Shown here one piece after another: positions 29,201-36,827 of a DNA stretch of 64,000 bases (positions are counted from its first letter, which is position 1; each line of letters starts with the position of its first letter). A program made the translations under genes and the position numbers. Location: assembly GCA_040954595.2 (NCBI GenBank), contig CM082596.2:10966454-11030453 (forward strand), written 5' to 3'. This DNA is from Balanoglossus misakiensis. Its lineage: Eukaryota; Animalia; Hemichordata. Under the pieces are notes generated by a model. It made no database searches. It was not told where the DNA came from and worked only from the letters and a program-made list of their open reading frames with translations.

Positions 29201-29803
29201 CGTACCGTCACCCGCAATCACTACCATATCTATCTAAACAGTGATTTCAAGGCAGATCTACGGTGGTGGATTAATTTCATTAGGGTTTATAATGGGGTGT
29301 CTCTCATTAAAGAGTCAGGTTGGTGCCCGCCAGATGAAATATTTTCCTCGGATGCATGCCCAACAGGGGGAGGGGGGCTTTGCGACAACGAGTATTTCCA
29401 CGTGGAGTTCCCTGACTTTGTAAAGGTGGGGGACCCTCACATTAATGCCCTCGAATTACTCACTATTACTATAGCGGCAAAAATTTGGGGTGATAGATGG
29501 TCTGGAAAGAAAATACAGGTCTCTTGCGACAACCAGGCAACAGTTTGGGTCATTAATACCGGTAGAGCTAGGGATAAACTAATGCTGTCTTGCTTGAGGG
29601 AATTATGGCTGGTAGCAGCGATTCACGAGTTTGAGCTACGTGCTGTGCACATCGCAGGCACCGAGAACCGGCTTGCTGATGCGCTCAGTCGCTGGCATCT
29701 TGACCCAAGTTATGAGCAACTCTTCAAATCATCTGTTAATATTTCTCAAATGACCGAGCACCCAGTCGCTGAGGATGACATTCGCTTTCTCAATGAGTGG
29801 TGA
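26231..29803 (+). CDS. Gag-like (coiled coil, CCCH/CCHC-type Zn finger) - reverse transcriptase - RNase H polyprotein
   Basis: Part of the 1209-aa ORF track; the first ATG is at 26231. Zn finger CFKYQSNKCEKEDCAFKHICEAC...HPKIAC. RT motifs RRIVFDLS, KRDLSRAYRQIPV, LPFGLRTA, YLDD, FLGI. RNaseH motifs SDAC, INALEL, CDN, ADALSR. Confidence 0.95.
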   Translation: MENAEQQLLDLGIEPSPVAKKGPATRSKTTTRASTGRKVRVVPRTKLSKVPMASARSKGGKCSKPVKEEDTSSDGEDVRSEKEKLQAEIARLQEQSEVDNLRKQLKEMKLEIEQRSPPAALSGSPRGHDLSQLTLPDLKRMAKEDSQLQWSLPSGSPWLPATGAAGGGEDLQPNQLLAQSGLYTAAQSKAGNVPMKSMRFNTRTDRVRQHVLWPHMFVRARTFSGAPPKFDDMSMAEFVEGNLAIVQLPTLSDTEKQQRLQHLQSLMKDANLFPWDAILKFEGALLSDMESGLRTWANDTADLRELYLLPRIGEIRRDKTADKSKKKDQINVCFKYQSNKCEKEDCAFKHICEACMKLRNNLAKHPKIACPWKDKAFREQESNKLTDSSGKAEVDKSKQDSHDCDSNLIPKLNHRVKSAGTECNINDFYTLMGITDQAVHTCDRSVQTDMEIDISRSLSMCNPEVLRDAIVNPSSISEPVLSIDEPVTCTIANVASEHTGCFDTYVSRDNVDKNLCKTHTVDLIEPDIETDLDKQIPIESLAHTVGDTTEFACEISAHGSSDDMISDDHDVFVSDMFTVENVPNMGPPNPTLVDHSVPDTYPLGNDMQYSELSDTPVGGDVCPPSSWPPASPLDLTEVITVHDIVVESGLPNSQFCRIPVSSNLQIPIWRAELQQYDDKIICDYLQYGWPVYYTASELPYSTVKNHPSAINYSAHVDNWIINEVAAGATAGPFLTNPLATPLSTSPIQTVEKKDSVNRRIVFDLSSPIHHSVNDGIPKGEYLGESFQLQYPSIDDFTAMMTRKGRGCLLFKRDLSRAYRQIPVDPADYHLLGYTWRNLLFFDLTLPFGLRTAALACQRTTNAVSYIYSTKGYDCVNYLDDFGGAETSNKAHKAFAELGDTLDRLGLQEAKHKAVPPSSIMTFLGIQLNSLTMTMEVTPDRLNEIEQELGVWVTKTKATKRELQSLIGKLSFIAKCVKPGRLFLARMLDVLRTVTRNHYHIYLNSDFKADLRWWINFIRVYNGVSLIKESGWCPPDEIFSSDACPTGGGGLCDNEYFHVEFPDFVKVGDPHINALELLTITIAAKIWGDRWSGKKIQVSCDNQATVWVINTGRARDKLMLSCLRELWLVAAIHEFELRAVHIAGTENRLADALSRWHLDPSYEQLFKSSVNISQMTEHPVAEDDIRFLNEW

Positions 29804-30822
29804 CTGATTTTATTTTTATTTCAGATCACTGCCAAACTATCCAAGCCTTAGACGCTCATATCGCTATCTCAATGAGGTCAGCATTAGCGGAAGGAACTCG
29901 TCGGAATTTATCGTCACAGTTGAAGAGTTACTTCCTGTTTTGTCAGTTTTTCAATTTTACTCCTGTTCCAGCATCTGTTCTTACAGTGTGTAGATTTATC
30001 CAGTTTCTTGCTAGATCAGTAACTGCTGCTGGCACCATTCAGAATTATTTGTACGCAATTCGTACCTTGCATAGAATCCATGGCTTCACGCCATTGGCCG
30101 CTGATCAGTATGTTGTCAAATTACTTTTGAAAGGTCTTTCCCGTAGCACTTTCCAGCCAGTGAGGCAGAAATTACCCATCACCCCCCAGTTGTTGCTACA
30201 GTTTTTCGGGCTTCTAGATATGGCTGTTCCATTCGATGTTACTTTGTGGGCATGCCTTTTGATAGGGTTTTTCTCCTTTTTTCGCAAGTCAAATCTTGTT
30301 CCGAAGTCTGCAACCGACTTTGATCCGGCTAAACACCTCTGTAGGGGTAAAGTCATTTCCTCAGATTCTGGCCTTATAATCGGCGTGACTTGGTCAAAAA
30401 CCATTCAGTTTCGCGAACGCTGTTTGACTATTCCACTTGCCCGCATTCCAGGTTCAGTGTTGTGCCCTTTACAGGCATACAATCACATGTGTGAGATCAT
30501 CCCAGCCCCACCCTCTAGCCCAGCATTTGTTTTTCCCAAATGTGGCAAATTGGTCCCCTTGACCCATTCAGGGCTGGTGAAAAGTATCAAATGTTTAGTT
30601 CAGAGGGCAGGCTTTCCTGCTGACATGTACTCGGGTCACAGCCTCCGTCGTGGGGGTGCAACCTTTGCATTCGAAAGTGGGGTCCCTGGGGAGCTTATCA
30701 AACTCCAAGGGGATTGGCAATCCAGCGCGTATCTCCGTTATCTTAACATTCCATTTCAGACTCGTTATCTGGTGTCCTTTCAAATGGGTCAGCATCTTAA
30801 AGACATCTCCGCGTCACACTGA
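29797..30822 (+). CDS. Tyrosine recombinase (retrotransposon YR integrase); true 5' end uncertain, possibly spliced at 29825
   Basis: 341-aa ORF with an N-terminal SAM-like region (TIQNYLYAIRTLH). The catalytic set is present: R (FFRKSNL), K (WSKT), HxxR (HSLRRG), W (GDWQS) and Y (AYLRY). Confidence 0.95.
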   Translation: MVTDFIFISDHCQTIQALDAHIAISMRSALAEGTRRNLSSQLKSYFLFCQFFNFTPVPASVLTVCRFIQFLARSVTAAGTIQNYLYAIRTLHRIHGFTPLAADQYVVKLLLKGLSRSTFQPVRQKLPITPQLLLQFFGLLDMAVPFDVTLWACLLIGFFSFFRKSNLVPKSATDFDPAKHLCRGKVISSDSGLIIGVTWSKTIQFRERCLTIPLARIPGSVLCPLQAYNHMCEIIPAPPSSPAFVFPKCGKLVPLTHSGLVKSIKCLVQRAGFPADMYSGHSLRRGGATFAFESGVPGELIKLQGDWQSSAYLRYLNIPFQTRYLVSFQMGQHLKDISASH

Positions 30823-30866
30823 TTTTACTGTTGCACTAGCAGAGAGGCGGACCGGGTTTGGCAGTG

Positions 30867-30974
30867 GTTGGGCCTGCAAGAGCCCCCAGTTCACGTAAAT
30901 AAATAATGGCTCTTGCCTTCAGCTGCCAAACCTGTGTCCTTGTTTTGTGTGTTAGAGAGATCTCAAGTAATTTA
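30867..30974 (+). repeat. Split direct repeat B1 (108 bp incl. TAATTTA core)
   Basis: Appears identical to 31285-31392. Contains AATAAA (30898-30903) followed by a GT-rich tract. Confidence 0.95.
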
Positions 30975-31136
30975 GGTAACATTGTGATCAACGGCATAAT
31001 GTTACCCAATTAAGCAACTCGAAAAGGGGCGCCCTCAACCTCAAACGAGCCTCAAAAATCCCATAATCCATCACTCACGGCCACTTCAAGGGTTCGGAGC
31101 GTGTCCTGCAGTGCTCGCTCTCTCTGCCTCAATTTC
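30975..31136 (+). repeat. Split direct repeat A2
   Basis: Copy of 26052-26213 directly abutting B1. Confidence 0.95.
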
Positions 31137-31284
31137 CCCACCCGCCCGCCCTCAACAAATAAGATGTGTATTTGCAGATTTACAGTGGTTCTCTGGTCAA
31201 TACTGTACTTCACGATTGTAACCTTTTTCATCCATGTATTTTGCAATGGTCCTTTCATCATTGCGAGTTGTTATTCCCAGTTGT

Positions 31285-31392
31285 GTTGGGCCTGCAAGAG
31301 CCCCCAGTTCACGTAAATAAATAATGGCTCTTGCCTTCAGCTGCCAAACCTGTGTCCTTGTTTTGTGTGTTAGAGAGATCTCAAGTAATTTA
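31285..31392 (+). repeat. Split direct repeat B2 (element 3' end)
   Basis: Copy of B1, with AATAAA at 31316-31321. Ends GATCTCAAG-TAATTTA, then the satellite continues ATTTCTTACATC. Confidence 0.95.
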
Positions 31393-33511
31393 ATTTCTTA
31401 CATCATAAATGGAATTCAAAGAAACGTCACGTAACAGGATATGTATCGTTTCAAGGCTTTGTTTTGGAATAACGAATTCTCTACAAGATTTAAGTGGAAC
31501 AGTCACAGAATGAAAACAAATATGGAAAGAGTTATGTCGGTATGTTGTAAGGGATAGATTAATATTGCAAATAATTTAATTTCTTACATCATAAATGGAA
31601 TTCAAAGAATGGTCACATAACGGGCCATGTTTTACTAAAAAGACTTATGTATAGTTTCAAGGCTTTGTTTTGGAATAATGAATTCTCTCCAAGATTTAAG
31701 TTGAACAGTTACAGAATGAAAACAAATATTCAAATAGTTATGCCAGAATGTTGTAAGGGATAGATTAATATTGCAAATAATTTAATTTCTTACATCATAA
31801 ATGGAATTCAAAGAATGGTCACATAACGGGCCATGTTTTACAAAAAGACTTTTGTATAGTTTCAAGGCTTTGTTTTGGAATAACGAATTCTCTACAGGAT
31901 TTAAGTGGAACAGTCACAGAATGAAAACAAATATGGAAAGAGTTATGCTGGAATGTTGTAAGAGATAGATTAATATTGCAAATAATTTAATTTCTTACAT
32001 CATAAAATGAATTCAACGAATGGTCACATAACAGGATATGTTTTACTAAAAACACTTATGTATAGTTACAAGGCTTTGTTTTGGAATAACGAATTCTCTA
32101 CAAGATTTAAGTGGAACAGTCACAGAATGAAAACAAATATGGAAAGAGTTATGCTGGAATGTTATAAGGGATAGATTAATATTGCAAATAAATATTATTT
32201 CTTACATCATAAAATGAATTCAAAGAATGGTCACATAACAGGATATGTTTTACTAAAAAGACTTATGTTATAGATTCAAGGCTTTGTTTTGGAATAACGA
32301 ATTCTCTACAAGATTTAAGTGGAACAGTCACAGAATGAAAACAAATATGGAAAGAGTTATGCCGGAATGTTGTAAGGGATAGATTAATATTGCAAAAAAT
32401 TTAATTTCTTACATCATAAATGGAATTCAAAGAAACGTCACGTAACAGGATATGTATAGTTTCAAGCCTTTGTTTTGGAGTAACGAATTCTCTACAAGAT
32501 TTAAGTGGAACAGTCACAGAATGGAAACAAATATGGAAAGAGTTATGCTGAAATGTTGTAAGGGATAGATTAATATTGCATACAATTTAATTTCTTACAT
32601 CATAAATGGAATTCAAAGAATGGTCACATAACGGGCCATGTTTTACTAAAAAGACTTATGTATAGTTTCAAGGCTTTGTTTTGGAATAACGAATTCTCTC
32701 CAAGATTTAAGTTGAACAGTTACAGAATGAAAACAAATATTCAAATAGTTATGCCAGAATGTTGTAAGGGATAGATTAATATTGCAAATAATTTAATTTC
32801 TCACATCATAAATGGAATTCAAAGAATGGTCACATAACGGGCCATGTTTTACAAAAAGACTTTTGTATAGTTTCAAGGCTTTGTTTTGGAATAACGAATT
32901 CTCTACAGGATTTAAGTGGAACAGTCACAGAATGAAAACAAATATGGAAAGAGTTATGCTGGAATGTTGTAAGAGATAGATTAATATTGCAAATAATTTA
33001 ATTTCTTACATCATAAAATGAATTCAACGAATGGTCACATAACAGGATATGTTTTACTAAAAACACTTATGTATAGTTACAAGGCTTTGTTTTGGAATAA
33101 CGAATTCTCTACAAGATTTAAGTGGAACAGTCACAGAATGAAAACAAATATGGAAAGAGTTATGCTGGAATGTTATAAGGGATAGATTAATATTGCAAAT
33201 AATTTAATTTCTTACATCATAAAATGAATTCAAAGAATGGTCACATAACAGGATATGTTTTACTAAAAAGACTTATGTTATAGATTCAAGGCTTTGTTTT
33301 GGAATAACGAATTCTCTACAAGATTTAAGTGGAACAGTCACAGAATGAAAACAAATATGGAAAGAGTTATGCCGGAATGTTGTAAGGGATAGATTAATAT
33401 TGCAAAAAATTTAATTTCTTACATCATAAATGGAATTCAAAGAAACGTCACGTAACAGGATATGTATAGTTTCAAGCCTTTGTTTTGGAGTAACGAATTC
33501 TCTACAAGATT
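31386..33511. repeat. Satellite segment (~10 monomers; ~1010-bp 5-mer duplication)
   Basis: Same monomer. Diagnostic variants (TGCCAGAATG, GTAAGAGATAG, AAACACTTATG) recur at ~1010-bp spacing. Confidence 0.98.
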
Positions 33512-33534
33512 CACTGTACCAAATATTGGATTTG
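33512..33534 (+). repeat. CACTA left TIR
   Basis: Reverse complement of 46342-46364 with one mismatch. Confidence 0.95.
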
Positions 33535-33710
33535 ACACACTGTGTCAGGGGTGGGTAAAGCATGGTGATATATTGGGGGGAAACTTTAACCAGGCAGGTC
33601 ACATGAAAGGAAGACTTTATCCTTTGAATTCGGTGACATACATGATAAGATTTGTCACTTTTGACACCTTTTTTTCCAATTTGACATAGACGAAGATGTA
33701 TCTTTTCCTT

Positions 33711-34995
33711 TGGACACAGTAGGCAAAGTCCGGTCTGTGTTTAAAATGATACCCTGGTCACACACAGTGACAAATGTCAGACTTTGACTATTGTGTTAAA
33801 TTATCTAATTTATGCATTGTTAATCACCATCTGTGAAGTTTAGTGCAGGTAATTCTTTTCCAGGGTTGAAACATACTATGCTTTGAATACATGTTTCCTA
33901 TGGGTTGTTGAAGGAAACAGTAGGATCTGTTTCTCCAGCATTTATGACACTGTTTTCAACATGTTTGTGTGGTGGCAATATGTGATTATATGTTGGTATA
34001 CATCATGGGTTGGTAAATGTTATACGTAGTGCTGGGTTTGATACCCTGTTTTGGGGGCGGGTAAATTTTAGGGGGAACTTTATCTAGCCATGGAATATGT
34101 GAGGAATAGCCAATACTTTGAATTGGGAACATACTTGACAACATTGATCACTCTTGACAACTTTACATGGACTGTAACTAAGAAAAAATGTGTGTCTTTG
34201 CATTAACTTTTCCATCTGGACACAGTAGGCAAAGTCCGGTCTGTGTTTAAAATGATACCCTGGTCACACACAGTGACAAATGTCAGCCTTTGACTATTGT
34301 GTTAAATTATCTAATTTATGCATTGTTAATCACCATCTGTGAAGTTTAGTGCAGGTAATTCTTTTCCAGGGTTGAAACATACTATGCTTTGAATACATGT
34401 TTCCTATGGGTTGTTGAAGGAAACAGTAGGATCTGTTTCTCCAGCATTTATGACACTGTTTTCAACATGTTTGTGTGGTGGCAATATGTGATTATATGTT
34501 GGTATACATCATGGGTTGGTAAATGTTATACGTAGTGCTGGGTTTGATACCCTGTTTTGGGGGCGGGTAAATTTTAGGGGGAACTTTATCTAGCCATGGA
34601 ATATGTGAGGAATAGCCAATACTTTGAATTGGGAACATACTTGACAACATTGATCACTCTTGACAACTTTACATGGACTGTAACTAAGAAAAGATGTGTG
34701 TCTTTGCATTAACTTTTCCATCTGGACACAGTAGGCAAAGTCCGGTCTGTGTTTAAAATGATACCCTGGTCACACACAGTGACAAATGTCAGCCTTTGAC
34801 TATTGTGTTAAATTATCTAATTTATGCATTGTTAATCACCATCTGTGAAGTTTAGTGCAGGTAATTCTTTTCCAGGGTTGAAACATACTATGCTTTGAAT
34901 ACATGTTTCCGATGGGTTGTTGAAGGAAACAGTAGGATCTGTTTCTCCAGCATTTATGACACTGTTTTTAATATGCTTGTTGGTGGCAATATGTG
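33711..34995. repeat. 506-bp subterminal tandem repeat (~2.5 copies, plus a diverged partial copy from ~33530)
   Basis: GGACACAGTAGGCAAAGTCCGG starts at 33712, 34218 and 34724. Copies are nearly identical. Confidence 0.95.
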
Positions 34996-36309
34996 TATAT
35001 TTCGCTATGGTTGATAAACATCATGGTTCTTCATGTCATGATGAAAATTAAAACTATGCCCCAAAAACTATCATTTTTGTAAACCATTGTTATGAAAAAT
35101 AAAACACTACAGTAAAGGGCCTTGCCTGTTGATGTGGTACACTTTATCATATAAATTCAAAACTGGTAGCTAAGGGCAGTGTTTGCACAGAGGAGTCTCT
35201 TGAATGCCTTCACTCATTCACACCTCTTCAGTGACAATGCCAGGAGTATATTGACATGAAGCTGTTTGCTCAGCAGTGTTTCAACTGCCAGCCGCCTGAG
35301 TTCATTTTAAGACTCAAACACTGAAAATATTGTATCAGTCAATAATATAACCTACACGGGGTGTTAAATTCATCATGTTTTAAAGTTATGTTGATACCTG
35401 ATCTGCATTGTGATTCACGGGGCAACCAAGAGTAAAGCTTGTCCAAAGTTGACAAAGCAAAAGACCAGACTAAGTGCCAGTTGTAAAATGTGCTTCATTC
35501 CAAGGACCTTGGTGATGAGTCATGATTTGGGGAACGTTCACGCAACCCGTTTTTTTCACTAGAATCACACATGCAATGATATAACCATGAAATTGCAGTG
35601 CAACAACGGCAAATTGTGCTGAAGCATCAGATGTTTTACCCAACATACCAGTAAAGTACTGAGTTTGTACAGCTGTTCGAATGGAAATTCAAAGTTTCAG
35701 TTTCAATTATAACATATGATTTCAAGAGATACTATAGTACAACCCAGCCCACAAGTCTCTATCGAAATTGAACAGATCACAAGAGTCATGCGACCTGTTG
35801 TGCAACTTGCACAAAATCATGTCTTGACTATACAAGCTTCCAGTGTAAATATTGGGCCAGTACTGATCTCCTAAATTCCACTGTGTAATGGCCTCTGAAA
35901 GAAAATGTATGCAAATTGCACAGAATTATCGTGTTCTAGAAATGTAGCACGATGAGGCATCAGAAAGGTTTCTATAAAGTTCAGACCAGCTGTGTTCCAC
36001 AAACAATGCAATTGTTTTCAAACAATGCATATTGTCAATCTTTCTCCATTGGGGCACAAGTCACACCGAGTGCTCAGAACATAATAGCGCACTCGGTGTG
36101 ACCTGTGCACAGGGATGGACCATTCGATTTTGTGAGGGAGAGCTGGAGGATTTTGGAAATAAATGTTCAAAGCTTTTTGCCAGAAAAAAACACTTGTTTG
36201 TGCGGGCGGGGTAAAAAAAATGCTTCCAACAAAGCTTTCAACAAAAGTTGCTGCCACAGATTATGTCTTGGCTTTGAATTTCAGCCTATATCAATACATG
36301 TAATAAATA

Positions 36310-36501
36310 CTGTAAAACACTTTTTTTCGCGAGTCTAAATTTTTGCAATATCGAGAGAGGCCAGTTATGCGAGTATTAATTTTCGCACTTTCACACATTG
36401 TTCTTTCACAACTATATGTATGCGAGTCTGAATTTTCGTGTTTTTTGGCTCTTGCCTATTTAGCGTAAATTTAATGCTCGCGAAAATAAAGTGTTTTACA
36501 G
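36310..36501. mobile_element. 192-bp MITE nested in the CACTA element, TA-flanked (Tc1/mariner-type)
   Basis: TA|CTGTAAAACACTTTTTTTCGCGAG ... CTCGCGAAAATAAAGTGTTTTACAG|TA gives a ~25-bp TIR with one indel. Confidence 0.8.
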
Positions 36502-36827
36502 TATATCACTACATGTACTTTCAAAACCCATTGTTTGCCATGCAGCAACTTGACCTCATGGAGAAGTGCTACTTGCCATAGAGTACATACACACATACAC
36601 ACATACATACCGGTAGTTACATGCATGCATAAATACCAGTACATGTACATACAACAGATACCATCACACTACTCTGATTATCATTCAGTCATTTATTACA
36701 ATAAAATAATCCTGATATATATATACAACATATGCACTTCTTAGTACTAATCCTTTGCCTTCCAATTTGGAAAAAAGGGTAAAACATTTACAATTACTAG
36801 TCACCTAGGCCATGTCAAGCTTACATT

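Larger units (their letters stand above)
26045..31392 (+). mobile_element. Ngaro-type (DIRS order) tyrosine-recombinase retrotransposon, full length
   Basis: Split direct repeats A1(26052-26213)...B1(30867-30974)-A2(30975-31136)...B2(31285-31392). ORFs encode Gag with Zn finger, RT, RNaseH and YR. No adenine-methyltransferase domain follows RNaseH, which favours Ngaro over PAT/DIRS. The satellite resumes in register on both sides. Confidence 0.93.

Noticed and set aside
26212-30898. Antisense and alternate-frame ORFs within the retrotransposon
   Set aside because: They are shadows of the long ORFs, with no recognisable motifs.
26052-31392. LTR retrotransposon, PAT/DIRS1 element or prophage integrase
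   Set aside because: The repeats are split (A..BAB), there is no DDE integrase, no methyltransferase domain and no inverted termini, and the context is eukaryotic.
36111-36240. AGGGATGGACCATTCG... resembling the terminus of another small transposon
   Set aside because: No matching inverted end or TSD was found; at most a fragment.
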